Shown here piece after piece: positions 41,902 to 51,922 of a DNA stretch of 64,000 bases (positions are counted from its first letter, which is position 1; every line of letters starts with the position of its first letter). The notes below the pieces were generated by a model, which worked only from the letters and a program-made list of their open reading frames with translations, was not told the origin of the DNA and made no database searches. Origin of the DNA: Burkholderiales bacterium (GTDB taxonomy: Bacteria > Pseudomonadota > Gammaproteobacteria > Burkholderiales > Burkholderiaceae_C); NCBI GenBank assembly GCA_038250795.1, contig JBBSBZ010000001.1:2842-66841 (forward strand), given 5' to 3'. The position numbers and the translations under genes are program-made.

Positions 41902-42936
41902 ATGCACGTGTTCCGCAGCGTTCGCGACCCCGGGCTCGCGCCGCACTGCGCGCTCACGATCGGCAACTTCGACGGCGTCCATCGCGGCCACCAGGCGATG
42001 CTGGCGTTGCTCGTCTCCGAGGCTTCGCATCGCGGCCTGCCGGCGACCGTGCTCACCTTCGAGCCCAATCCGCGCGACTACTTCGCACGCCGCGCCGGCA
42101 CGCCCGGAGCGGCGCCGGCACGGATCGCGACCTTGCGCGACAAGGTGGTCGAGCTCGGCCGCTGCGGCATCGAGCAGGTCGTGGTCGCGCGTTTCGACGC
42201 CGCCTTCGCGGCGCAGACGCCGGCCCAGTTCATCGACGACGTGATCGTCGACGGCCTCAACGCCGGCTACGTGCTCGTCGGCGACGACTTCCGCTTCGGC
42301 GCCCGTCGCGCCGGCGACTACGCGATGCTCGACGGCGCCGGCCAGGCGCGCGGCTTCGACGTCGCCCGCATGATGAGCTACGAGGTTCACGGGGTGCGCG
42401 TGTCCAGCTCGGCGGTGCGCGCGGCCCTCGCCGACGGCGACATGGGGCGCGCCGAAGCGCTGCTCGGCCGGCCCTACAGCATCAGCGGTCGCGTCATCCA
42501 CGGCGCGCGTCTCGGTCGCGAGCTGGGCGCGAGCGCGCCCGGGCGAGGCGATGGATTTCGCACCCTCAACCTGCGCTTTGCGCATGCGCGCCCGGCGGCG
42601 ACGGGCATCTTCGTCGTCCGCGTGCACGGACTCGCTGGTCTTCCGCTCGACGGCGTCGCCAGCCTCGGCCGGCGTCCGACCGTCGACGACAGCGGCCGCG
42701 TCCTGCTCGAAGTTCACTGCTTCGAGTGGCCGAGCGCACTCGGCGTCGAAGGGGGCTACGGTAAACTCGTCGCCGTGGAACTGCTGAAGAAACTGCGCGA
42801 CGAGGCTCGCTACGAATCGCTCGCCGCCCTCGCCGACGCGATCCGCAGCGATGCGGTCGCGGCCCGCGGTTTCCTCGCCGCCGACCTGGCCGAGCACGCC
42901 GCGACCGGCCGGCAGACGACCCGCGACCGAATTTGA
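41902..42936 (+). CDS. ribF: Bifunctional riboflavin kinase / FAD synthetase
   Basis: TIGNFDGVHRGH, VGDDFRFG, VSSSAVR, GR.Y.I.G.V.HG and G.RPT..LEVH. Confidence 0.96.
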   Translation: MHVFRSVRDPGLAPHCALTIGNFDGVHRGHQAMLALLVSEASHRGLPATVLTFEPNPRDYFARRAGTPGAAPARIATLRDKVVELGRCGIEQVVVARFDAAFAAQTPAQFIDDVIVDGLNAGYVLVGDDFRFGARRAGDYAMLDGAGQARGFDVARMMSYEVHGVRVSSSAVRAALADGDMGRAEALLGRPYSISGRVIHGARLGRELGASAPGRGDGFRTLNLRFAHARPAATGIFVVRVHGLAGLPLDGVASLGRRPTVDDSGRVLLEVHCFEWPSALGVEGGYGKLVAVELLKKLRDEARYESLAALADAIRSDAVAARGFLAADLAEHAATGRQTTRDRI

Positions 42937-43062
42937 TCCGCGCCGGCGTCGCGCCCTGCCGCGACCTCGTCGCGACCGAACGCATCGCGAGCTTCGCCGA
43001 ATCCTCGTCCTCCCGGGCCGACCGCACGCCGCGCCGGCCACCCCTTCGAAAGACCCGCCGCC

Positions 43063-46008
43063 ATGGCTGACGTGCCTGCTGCCTCGACCGCCCCGGTCGA
43101 CTATCGACCGACGCTGAACCTCCCGGACACCCCGTTCCCGATGCGGGGCGACCTGCCCAAGCGCGAGCCCGGATGGGTGAAGCAATGGAGCGAAGACGGC
43201 ACCTACCAGCGGCTGCGCGAGGCGCGCCACGGCCGACCCCGGTTCGTCCTCCACGACGGGCCGCCGTATGCCAACGGCCAGCTCCACATCGGCCACGCCG
43301 CCAACAAGATCCTGAAGGACATGATCGTCAAGGCGCGCCAGCTCGCCGGCTTCGACTCGCGCTACACGCCGGGCTGGGACTGCCACGGCCTGCCGATCGA
43401 AAACGCGGTCGAGAAGACCTTCGGCCGCGCCCTGCCGCGCGCCGAGGTGCAGGAAAAGAGCCGCGCCTACGCGACCGGGCAGATCGCCCAGCAGATGGCC
43501 GATTTCAAGCGCATCGGCGTGCTCGGCGACTGGGAGCATCCCTACCTGACGATGGATTTCGGCAACGAAGCCGGCGAGATCCGCGTCCTGAAGCGCGTCA
43601 TCGAGCGCGGCTTCGTCTACCGCGGCCTGAAGCCGGTGTACTGGTGCTTCGACTGCGGCTCGTCGCTGGCCGAGTTCGAGATCGAGTACGCCGACCGCAA
43701 GTCGACGACCGTCGACATCGCCTTCCTCGCCGCCGACCGCGACGCGCTCGCCGCGGCGTTCGGGCTGCAGTCGATCGACAAGGACGCCTTCGCCGTCATC
43801 TGGACGACGACGCCCTGGACGATCCCGGCGAACCAGGCGCTGAACCTGAACCCGAAGCTCGAGTACGCGCTCGTCGACACCGAGCGTGGCCTGCTCGTGC
43901 TGGCGAGCGCGCTGGTCGAGAAATGCCTCGCGCGCTTCGGCCTGGAAGGCAGGGTCGTCGCGACGGCGCTCGGCGAGAAGCTCGACGGGCTGATGTTCCA
44001 TCACCCGCTTGCCGCCGTCGACGCCGGCTACGCACGGCTCGCGCCGATCTACCTTGCCGACTACGCCACCGCCGAGGACGGCACCGGCCTGGTCCACTCG
44101 TCGCCGGCCTACGGCCTCGACGACTTCAACTCCTGCCGCGCCCACGGACTGGCGGTCGACGACATCCTCAACCCGGTGCAGGGCAACGGCGTCTACGAGG
44201 ACGCGCTGCCGCTCTTCGGCGGCCAGAACATCTGGAAGGCGACACCGGCGATCGTCGACGCACTGCGCGACGCCGGTCGCCTTCTCGCGAGCGGCACGCT
44301 CATGCACAGCTACCCGCATTGCTGGCGCCACAAGACGGCGGTGATCTACCGCGCCGCGGCGCAGTGGTTCGTGCGCATGGACGAGGCCGACGACTCGACC
44401 CGCGGCGTCTTCGCCGTCGACCCCGCGCCGCAGACCCTGCGCCAATGCGCGCTCGCCGCCATCGATGCGACCGCGTTCTATCCCGAGAACGGCCGCGCAC
44501 GGCTGCACGACATGATCGCGCACCGGCCCGACTGGTGCATCAGCCGGCAGCGCAACTGGGGAGTGCCGCTGCCCTTCTTCCTGCACAAGGTGACGGGCGA
44601 ACTGCACCCCGACACGCTGGCGCTCATCGACCGGGCCGCCGGGATCGTCGAGCAGGGAGGCGTCGAGGCCTGGTCGCGCCTCACGGCAGAGGACGTGCTC
44701 GGGGCCGAGGGCGAAGGCTCGGCCGCGCACTACGCCAAGTCGAACGACATCCTCGACGTCTGGTTCGACTCGGGCTCGACCTTCTTCCACGTCCTGCGCG
44801 GCAGCCATCCGGGCACGACGATTCCCGACGACGATGGCAAGAGCCCCGAGGCGGACCTCTACCTCGAAGGCCACGACCAGCATCGCGGCTGGTTCCACTC
44901 GTCGCTCCTGATCGCGTGTGCGATCGAGGGCCACGCGCCGTATCGCGGGCTGCTCACCCACGGCTTCGCCGTCGACGGCTCGGGGCGCAAGATGAGCAAG
45001 AGCCTGGGCAACTTCGTCGCCCTGAACGAAGTGACGGCCAAGCTCGGCGCCGAGATCATCCGCCTCTGGTGCGCCTCGACCGACTACTCGGGCGACCTCG
45101 GCGTCGACGACAAGATCCTCGCGCGCGTCGTCGATGCCTATCGCCGCATCCGCAACACTCTGCGCTTCCTGCTCGCGAACACGAGCGACTTCGATCCGGC
45201 GAAGGACGCGGTCTCCGTCGCCGACATGCTCGAGATCGACCGCTGGGCGCTCGCCCGCACGGCCGAGCTGCAGGCCGAGATCGTCGGCACTCTCGATCCG
45301 GCGACCGGGCTCTACACCGGCGGCCATTACGGTGCTTACGAATTCCATCCGGTCGTCGCCAAGCTGCAGGTGTTCTGCTCCGAGGACCTCGGCGCGTTCT
45401 ATCTCGACATCCTCAAGGACCGCCTCTACACGACGGCAGCGGGCTCGCACGCCCGCCGGTCGGCGCAGACGGCGCTCTTCCACGTCGCCCACGCGATGCT
45501 GCGCTGGATGGCGCCGTTCCTCAGCTTCACGGCCGAGGAGGCGTGGAAGATATTCGGGCCGAAGGGATCGCCGTCGATCTTCGTCGAGACCTTCAGCGAC
45601 ACGCGCGCCTGGGACGATGCCGCGCTGCGGGCGAAGTGGTCGCGCATCGCCGCCGTTCGCGCCGAGTCGAACAAGACCATCGAAGCGCTGCGCGCGGACG
45701 GCAAGGTCGGCTCGTCGCTGCAGGCCGCGGTGACGGTGAAGGCCGGTCCCGCGATGGTCGACCTGCTCGGCTCGCTCGGCGACGACCTGCGCTTCGTCCT
45801 GATCGCCTCGTCGGCGCAGGTCGTGCCGCTCGCGGCGGCGGCCGACGCGAACGAGTTCTTCGTCGAGGCCGAGCCGCTCTCGCAGCCCAAGTGCGAGCGC
45901 TGCTGGCACTACCGCGCCGATGTCGGCCACGACCCCGCGCATCCGGGCCTGTGCGGACGCTGCACCGCGAACCTTTTCGGCGCGGGCGAGCCGCGGACGG
46001 CCGCCTGA
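43063..46008 (+). CDS. ileS: Isoleucine--tRNA ligase (type 1)
   Basis: [23 protein letters not shown] and the C-terminal CERCWH...LCGRC zinc finger. Confidence 0.98.
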   Translation: MADVPAASTAPVDYRPTLNLPDTPFPMRGDLPKREPGWVKQWSEDGTYQRLREARHGRPRFVLHDGPPYANGQLHIGHAANKILKDMIVKARQLAGFDSRYTPGWDCHGLPIENAVEKTFGRALPRAEVQEKSRAYATGQIAQQMADFKRIGVLGDWEHPYLTMDFGNEAGEIRVLKRVIERGFVYRGLKPVYWCFDCGSSLAEFEIEYADRKSTTVDIAFLAADRDALAAAFGLQSIDKDAFAVIWTTTPWTIPANQALNLNPKLEYALVDTERGLLVLASALVEKCLARFGLEGRVVATALGEKLDGLMFHHPLAAVDAGYARLAPIYLADYATAEDGTGLVHSSPAYGLDDFNSCRAHGLAVDDILNPVQGNGVYEDALPLFGGQNIWKATPAIVDALRDAGRLLASGTLMHSYPHCWRHKTAVIYRAAAQWFVRMDEADDSTRGVFAVDPAPQTLRQCALAAIDATAFYPENGRARLHDMIAHRPDWCISRQRNWGVPLPFFLHKVTGELHPDTLALIDRAAGIVEQGGVEAWSRLTAEDVLGAEGEGSAAHYAKSNDILDVWFDSGSTFFHVLRGSHPGTTIPDDDGKSPEADLYLEGHDQHRGWFHSSLLIACAIEGHAPYRGLLTHGFAVDGSGRKMSKSLGNFVALNEVTAKLGAEIIRLWCASTDYSGDLGVDDKILARVVDAYRRIRNTLRFLLANTSDFDPAKDAVSVADMLEIDRWALARTAELQAEIVGTLDPATGLYTGGHYGAYEFHPVVAKLQVFCSEDLGAFYLDILKDRLYTTAAGSHARRSAQTALFHVAHAMLRWMAPFLSFTAEEAWKIFGPKGSPSIFVETFSDTRAWDDAALRAKWSRIAAVRAESNKTIEALRADGKVGSSLQAAVTVKAGPAMVDLLGSLGDDLRFVLIASSAQVVPLAAAADANEFFVEAEPLSQPKCERCWHYRADVGHDPAHPGLCGRCTANLFGAGEPRTAA

Positions 46009-46493
46009 TGGCTGCCAGACGCGGCGCGCTTGCGCCCTGGCTCGGCGTCGCCGCCGTGGTCATCGTGCTCGACCAGATCACCAAGGCGATGATCCTGTCG
46101 GCGTTCCAGCTCGGTGGCGCGCACCGCGTGACGGCGTTCTTCGACATCGTGCGCGCTCACAACCGCGGCGCCGCGTTCTCGTTCCTCAACGACGCGAGCG
46201 GCTGGCAGCGCTGGTTCTTCATCGGCCTGGGCATCGCCGCGGCCGGCTTCATCGTCTGGCTGCTCGCTCGTCACGGCGGCCAGCGGCTGTTCGGCTGGGC
46301 GCTCGCGCTGATCCTCGGCGGCGCGATCGGCAACGTCGTCGACCGGCTCCTGCACGGCTACGTCGTCGACTTCATCCAGGTGCATTGGGGCGGCGCCTAC
46401 TTCCCCTCGTTCAACGTCGCCGACAGCGCGATCACCGTCGGCGCCGGGCTCCTCATCCTCGACGAGCTGCTGCGCGTGCGGCGCGGCCGCTGA
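46008..46493 (+). CDS. lspA: Lipoprotein signal peptidase
   Basis: [30 protein letters not shown] and FNVADSAI. Confidence 0.97.
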   Translation: MAARRGALAPWLGVAAVVIVLDQITKAMILSAFQLGGAHRVTAFFDIVRAHNRGAAFSFLNDASGWQRWFFIGLGIAAAGFIVWLLARHGGQRLFGWALALILGGAIGNVVDRLLHGYVVDFIQVHWGGAYFPSFNVADSAITVGAGLLILDELLRVRRGR

Positions 46494-46511
46494 CGCCGCG
46501 GCCTGCGCCGC

Positions 46512-47143
46512 TCACGTCGGCGGCCAGTGCCGCGCCCAGACCGCGGCGATGCGCGGATCGGCCTCGATGCGGGCGAGCAGCGCCGCGAACTCGGGCCGCG
46601 AGCCGGCCAGCGCCTTGCGTGCCCTGCCCCACTTCGAGACCGTCGCGGCCAGGATATCGAGCGCGCCGAGACGGTCGCCCGAGAGCCACGGCGTGGCCTG
46701 GAACTGGTCGGCGAAGATCTCCCAGAGCTCGTGCAGGCGCCCCTGGCCTCGCGTCTGCATCGCCTGCCTGACGGCATCGTCGGACTCGGGATACCAGCGA
46801 TCGGGAAAGTCGAGGATGCCGATGCCGGCGTAGCAGTTGGCGGCGATGTAGATCAGACCGCGAATCTGCTGCGCCCGCTGCGACGACTCGCTCGCGAGCA
46901 GGCCGCTCGCAGGGTGCGCGAGGCCGAGATGGATCAGGATCGCCGCGCTCTCGGTGAGGACGCTGCCGTCGTCGAGAACGAGCGTCGGTATCTGGGCGAT
47001 CGGGTTGACGCGCCTCAGCGCGTCGAGCCCCGGCGACGCCTGCCAGGACGCCGCCTCGACAGTGCGGTAGGCGAGCCCTGCGATGTCAAGGCCGCGTCGG
47101 CAGCCGCCGAGCCGGAGCCCTTGGTTCCGTAGAGCGTCGACAC
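46512..47143 (-). pseudogene. Glutathione S-transferase family gene with a 1-nt frameshift near codon 18 (pseudogene or sequencing error)
   Basis: GTG-start frame gives STLYGTKGSGSAAADAA. A different frame from 47090 gives LDIAGLAY...VNPIAQIPTL...LTESAAILIHL to stop 46512. The span is 632 nt, one short of a codon multiple. Confidence 0.8.
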
Positions 47144-47154
47144 GCGCGCGCCGC

Positions 47155-48153
47155 TCAGGTCAGGAGCACGCTCGAGCCGATCGTCTTGCGCGCCTCGAGA
47201 TCGCGATGCGCCTGCACCGCGTCGGCGAGGGCGAAGCGCTGGCCGATGTGGATCTTCACCTGGCCGCTCGCGACCACCGCGAAGAGCTCCGCGGCCATCG
47301 ACTGCATCGCCTCGAGAGTGGCGATGTGGGTGCCGAGCGTCTGTCGCGTCAGGTAGAGCGAGCCCTTCGGCCCGAGCGAGACCGGCGAGATCGGCGGCAC
47401 GACGCCGGAAGCGTTGCCGAAGCTCGCCATCAGGCCGAACGGGCGCAGGCAGTCGAGCGACTTATCCCAGGTGTCCTTGCCGATCGAGTCGTAGACGACC
47501 TTCACGCCCTTGCCGCCGGTGATCTCCTTCACCTTGGCGGCGAAGTCCTCGGTGCGGTAGTTGACCGTGTGGGCGGCGCCGTTGTCGCGCGCCAGGGCGC
47601 ATTTCTCGTCGCTGCCCGCCGTCCCGATCAGCTTCAGGCCGAGCGCCTTCGCCCACTGGCAGGCGATCAGGCCGACGCCTCCCGCGGCCGCGTGCCAGAC
47701 GATGAAATCGCCGGCCTCGAGCGCGTCCTGCGCACGCACGCGCTTGAGCAGGTACTGCACCGTCAGGCCCTTGAGCATCATCGCCGCGCCGGTCTCGAAG
47801 GAGATCGCGTCGGGCAACTTCACGACCGTCTTGGCCGGCATCACGCGCGCAGTCGAATAGCTGCCTGGCGGCCCGCTGCAGTAGGCCGCGCGATCGCCGG
47901 CCTTCAGATGCGTGACGCCGGCCCCCACCGCCTCGATCACGCCGGCGCCTTCGTTGCCCATCGTGAGCGGCATCGGCAAGGCGTAGACGCCCGAGCGCTG
48001 GTAGACGTCGATGTAGTTGAGGCCCGAGGCGTGATGGCGGATGCGGACCTCCCCCGCGCCCGGCTCGCCCACGGGCAAGTCGACGAGCTTCATCTCCTCG
48101 GGGCCGCCGGCCTTGTCGATGCGGACGGTCTTGCTGGTCGTGGTGGAAGTCAT
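47155..48153 (-). CDS. qor: NADPH:quinone oxidoreductase (MDR)
   Basis: GLNYIDVYQRSG, MLKGLTVQYL, HAAAGGVG, VVYDSIG and KGSLYLTR. Confidence 0.92.
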   Translation of the reverse strand: MTSTTTSKTVRIDKAGGPEEMKLVDLPVGEPGAGEVRIRHHASGLNYIDVYQRSGVYALPMPLTMGNEGAGVIEAVGAGVTHLKAGDRAAYCSGPPGSYSTARVMPAKTVVKLPDAISFETGAAMMLKGLTVQYLLKRVRAQDALEAGDFIVWHAAAGGVGLIACQWAKALGLKLIGTAGSDEKCALARDNGAAHTVNYRTEDFAAKVKEITGGKGVKVVYDSIGKDTWDKSLDCLRPFGLMASFGNASGVVPPISPVSLGPKGSLYLTRQTLGTHIATLEAMQSMAAELFAVVASGQVKIHIGQRFALADAVQAHRDLEARKTIGSSVLLT

Positions 48154-48203
48154 GGTGTCTTTCTCGGTGGCAGGTGCAGTGCGCTATCGTGCCAGACCCG
48201 ACC

Positions 48204-48512
48204 ATGAAGCGCCTTACCCGGGCCCCCAATCTGGCGATCGCCACCCTGTGGGCCGACATGCTCACCCATGGCGGCATCGCGGCGACGGTGCAGCGCATGT
48301 ACGCGAGCAGCATCGCCGGCGAGCTGCCCCCTGATCAGGCGCTCCCGGAGGTGTGGGTCAGCGACGACGACCAACTCGAGCGGGCCCGCACGCTGCTCCA
48401 CGAGCTGCGCCATCCGGTGCACCGGCACTGGATCTGCCCCGCCTGCAGCGAGCGCGTCGACGGACCGTTCGAGGAGTGCTGGAACTGCGGCGCGGTGATG
48501 CCGCCGTCGTGA
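48204..48512 (+). CDS. DUF2007-like small protein with a C-terminal RanBP2-type zinc finger
   Basis: IAGELPPDQALPEVWV followed by WICPAC...FEECWNCG. Confidence 0.8.
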   Translation: MKRLTRAPNLAIATLWADMLTHGGIAATVQRMYASSIAGELPPDQALPEVWVSDDDQLERARTLLHELRHPVHRHWICPACSERVDGPFEECWNCGAVMPPS

Positions 48513-48537
48513 GGCGCGGTGCGGGTCGCTTCCGCCG

Positions 48538-49323
48538 CTAGAACGTGCCCGGATAGGCGCCGCCGTCGGCCAGCAGGTTCTGACCGGTGATGTAGCCGGC
48601 CTGGACGCTGCACAGGAAGGCGCAGATCGCGCCGAACTCCTCGGCGCTGCCGAAGCGCTGCGCCGGGATGTTGCGCTTCCTCTCCTCGGCCAGCACGTCG
48701 ATCGACTTGCCGGTCTTCGCCGACGCGCCCTTCATCGTCGCGCGCAGGCGATCGGTATCGAAGGCGCCCGGGAGCAGGCCGTTGATCGTCACGCCGCGCG
48801 CCGCCAGCTTGCTGCGGGCGAGGCCGGCGACGAAGCCGGTGAGACCGCTGCGCGCGCCGTTGGAGAGGCCCAGGATATCGATCGGCGCCTTGACCGCGCC
48901 GGAGGTGATGTTGACGACGCGGCCCCAGCCGCGCTCGGCCATCTTGTCGACCGTCGACTTCATCAGCTCGATCGGCGTCAGCATGTTGGCGTCGACCGCC
49001 TTGATCCAGGCGTCTCGGTTCCAGTCGCGGAAATCGCCCGGCGGCGGGCCGCCCGCGTTGTTGATCAGGATGTCGACCTGCGGACAGGCCGCGAGCGCGG
49101 CCGCGCGGCCGGCCTCGGTGGTGATGTCGCCGACGACGGCGCGTGCCTCGCCGCCCGCGCCGAGCGCGCGCAGCTCCTGCAGCGTTGCCTCGAGCGCCTC
49201 GGCGCCGCGCGCGGTGATCACCACGTTGACGCCCTCCTTCGCGAGCGCGACCGCGCAGCCCTTGCCGAGCCCCTTGCTCGCCGCGCACACGAGCGCCCAC
49301 TTGCCTGTCAGTCCGAGGTCCAT
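48538..49323 (-). CDS. SDR family oxidoreductase
   Basis: ALVCAASKGLG, NNAGGPPPG, LSNGARSGL and GYITGQNL..DGG. Confidence 0.9.
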   Translation of the reverse strand: MDLGLTGKWALVCAASKGLGKGCAVALAKEGVNVVITARGAEALEATLQELRALGAGGEARAVVGDITTEAGRAAALAACPQVDILINNAGGPPPGDFRDWNRDAWIKAVDANMLTPIELMKSTVDKMAERGWGRVVNITSGAVKAPIDILGLSNGARSGLTGFVAGLARSKLAARGVTINGLLPGAFDTDRLRATMKGASAKTGKSIDVLAEERKRNIPAQRFGSAEEFGAICAFLCSVQAGYITGQNLLADGGAYPGTF

Positions 49324-49336
49324 TGGGTCTTCCCTT

Positions 49337-50263
49337 TCATCTTGCCCTGGCGAGCAGCCAGATCCCCGTCAGCACCAGCACCGTGCCGGCGACGATCCAG
49401 CCGGTGAACGGCTCGCCGAGGATGACGATGCCCATCAGGATGGTCGACAGCGGGCCGATCATCCCGGTCTGCGCGACGACAGTGGCGCCGACGCGCTCGA
49501 TCGCCATCATCACCATCAGCACCGGCGCGAAGGTGCACAGCGTCGCATTCAGCACCGAGAGCCAGATCACCGCCGGGTCGACCGCGGCCGCCGAAAGCGG
49601 ACGCAGGACGAGGAACTGGGCGATGCAGAAGAAGCAGGCCACGCTCGTCGCGAGCCCGGTGAGGCGCACCGCGCCGAGTCGGTTGACTTCCTCGCCGCTC
49701 GCCACGAGGTAGACCGCGTAGCTCACCGCGCTGGCGAAGACGAGGCCGGCGCCGAGCGCGGCGTCTGCGCCCTGGAACGACACCTCGTGGCCGAAGACCA
49801 GCAGCACGCCGCAGTAGCTCACCGCGAGCGCCAGGACCTTGCGCACGCTCACCTTGCGCTTGAACAGGACGACGCCGAGCGCGAGCACGAGCGTCGGGTT
49901 GAGATAGAGGATCAGCCGCTCGAGACTGGCCGTGACGTAGACCAGGCCGGCGAAATCGAGAAAGCTCGCCACGTAGTAGCCGGAAAAGCCCAGGCCGGTG
50001 ACGACGAGCCAGTCGCGTCGGGCCAGCGCCGGCCGGCCGCGCCCCGCCCACCACGCCAGCACGACGAAGAGCGGCAGCGCGAAAAGCATGCGGTACATGA
50101 TCAGCGTCACGGCGTCGACGCCATACCGGTACGCGAGCTTGACGATGATCGCCTTGCCGGAGAAGGCAATCGAGCCCGCCATCGCGAGCGCCAGGCCGGG
50201 CCAGGCCGCGCGCGATCTCGACTCGGATGCCGGCGGCGACGCCGCGACCGCGCTTGCCGGCAT
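49337..50263 (-). CDS. EamA/DMT family transporter
   Basis: About 10 TM helices; FSGKAIIVKLAY, ASFLDFAGL...LERLILYLNP and IGPLSTI. ATG overlaps the ggt stop. Confidence 0.9.
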   Translation of the reverse strand: MPASAVAASPPASESRSRAAWPGLALAMAGSIAFSGKAIIVKLAYRYGVDAVTLIMYRMLFALPLFVVLAWWAGRGRPALARRDWLVVTGLGFSGYYVASFLDFAGLVYVTASLERLILYLNPTLVLALGVVLFKRKVSVRKVLALAVSYCGVLLVFGHEVSFQGADAALGAGLVFASAVSYAVYLVASGEEVNRLGAVRLTGLATSVACFFCIAQFLVLRPLSAAAVDPAVIWLSVLNATLCTFAPVLMVMMAIERVGATVVAQTGMIGPLSTILMGIVILGEPFTGWIVAGTVLVLTGIWLLARAR

Positions 50264-51879
50264 CAGAAGCCGGCGGCCAGTCCGTCGCGGCGCGGGTCGC
50301 TGGCGGCGACATAGCCTTCGATCGACGGGTCGCCGAGTCGCCAGATGAACTGGCCGGCGCCGAAGTCCTGATAGCTGTCCTCGATCACCTCGACCTCGTG
50401 GCCGAGCGCGGCGAGGCCGCTCACCGTCTTCGGGTCCATCGTCGCCTCGACGTTGATCGCCAGGCCATCGTTGAAGCGCCAGCGCGGCGCGTCGCAGGCG
50501 GCCTGCGGCTGCTGGCGATGGCCGAGCATGCGAACGAGGGTCTGCAGGTGCGCCTGCGGCTGCATGTTGCCGCCCATGATGCCGAAGCTCATCTGCGGCC
50601 GGCCGTCCTTGGTCAGGAACGCCGGAATGATGGTGTGGAACGGGCGCTTCCCCGGCGCGACGCAGTTCGGGCTCGCCGCGTCGAGGTGAAAGCCGTGGCC
50701 GCGGTTCTGCATCGACACGCCCCACTCCGGGACGACGATGCCCGAGCCGAAGCCCATGTAGTTGCTCTGGATGAAGCTCACCATCATGCCGGCCTCGTCG
50801 GCGGCGCTGAGGTAGATCGTGCCGCCCTTGACCGGATTGCCGGCGCCGAAGCGCTGCGCCCGCTTCGGGTCGATCAGGCGGGCGCGACCGGCGAGGTAGG
50901 CCTCGTCGAGCATCTCTTCGCAGCTGCAGAGCATGCCGCCGCGCGGGTCGGCCGCATGCACGTGCAGGTCGGCGAAGGCGAGCTTCATCGCCTCGATCTG
51001 CAGATGCTGCGACTCGGCGCTGTCGACGGGCAGCGACTCGAGGTCGAAGTGGCGCAGGATGCCGAGCGCCATCAGCGCCGCGATGCCCTGGCCGTTGGGC
51101 GGGATCTCGTGCAGGCGATGGCCGAAGGTGTCGATGCCGATCGGCTCGACCCACTCCGGCTTGAACGCCGCGAAATCCTTCGCCGTCATCGTGCCGCCGT
51201 TCGCGCGTGAATGCGCTTCTGCGGCCGCGGCGATCTCGCCGCCGTAGAACGACTCGCCGCGCGTCGAGGCGATCGACTTCAGCGCCCGGGCCGCCGCAGG
51301 GAAGGCGAAGCGCTCGCCGACCTCGGGTGCGCGGCCGTGCGGCAGGAAGGCCTCGGCCCAGCCAGGCATCGCGCCGAGCAGCGGCGCGGCCGCGACCCAC
51401 TTCTGCTGGACGATGACCGGCACCGCGTAGCCGCGCTCGGCCACCTCGATCGCCGGGGCGAGCAGGTCGGCGAAGGGGAGCTTGCCGAAGCGCTCCGAAA
51501 GCGCGGTCCAGGCGCCGACGGCGCCGGGCACGGTGACCGAATCCCAGCCGCGCATCGGCGGGCGCTTCGGGTCGTTGCCGTACTTGCGCCGGAAGTAGTC
51601 GGCGCTCCAGGTCGCCGGCGCCGGACCGGAAGCGTTCAAGCCATGGAGCTTCTTGCCGTCCCAGAGGATGCAGAACGCATCCGAGCCCAGGCCGTTGCTG
51701 CACGGCTCGACGATCGTCATCACCGCCGCCGCGGCGATCGCGCCGTCGACGGCATTGCCGCCCTGCTGGATCATGCGCAGCCCCGCCTGGGCGGCGAGAG
51801 GATGCGAGGTCGAGACGATGTTGCGCGCGAAGACGGGGACGCGCGTGGACGGATAGGCCGCCTTCCAGTCGAAGTTCAT
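50263..51879 (-). CDS. Gamma-glutamyltransferase family protein (YwrD-like)
   Basis: GGNAVDGAIA, VEPCSNGLGSD, catalytic Thr in GGTIYL, QSNYMGFGSG and PFHTIIP. Confidence 0.92.
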   Translation of the reverse strand: MNFDWKAAYPSTRVPVFARNIVSTSHPLAAQAGLRMIQQGGNAVDGAIAAAAVMTIVEPCSNGLGSDAFCILWDGKKLHGLNASGPAPATWSADYFRRKYGNDPKRPPMRGWDSVTVPGAVGAWTALSERFGKLPFADLLAPAIEVAERGYAVPVIVQQKWVAAAPLLGAMPGWAEAFLPHGRAPEVGERFAFPAAARALKSIASTRGESFYGGEIAAAAEAHSRANGGTMTAKDFAAFKPEWVEPIGIDTFGHRLHEIPPNGQGIAALMALGILRHFDLESLPVDSAESQHLQIEAMKLAFADLHVHAADPRGGMLCSCEEMLDEAYLAGRARLIDPKRAQRFGAGNPVKGGTIYLSAADEAGMMVSFIQSNYMGFGSGIVVPEWGVSMQNRGHGFHLDAASPNCVAPGKRPFHTIIPAFLTKDGRPQMSFGIMGGNMQPQAHLQTLVRMLGHRQQPQAACDAPRWRFNDGLAINVEATMDPKTVSGLAALGHEVEVIEDSYQDFGAGQFIWRLGDPSIEGYVAASDPRRDGLAAGF

Positions 51880-51922
51880 CCGCGAAGTATCGGCGCTTCG
51901 GCGCCCCGCCGCAGGGGCCGGC

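Noticed and set aside
42937-43062. Possible T-box or attenuator before ileS
   Set aside because: No T-box consensus or terminator visible, and T-boxes are not expected in Betaproteobacteria.
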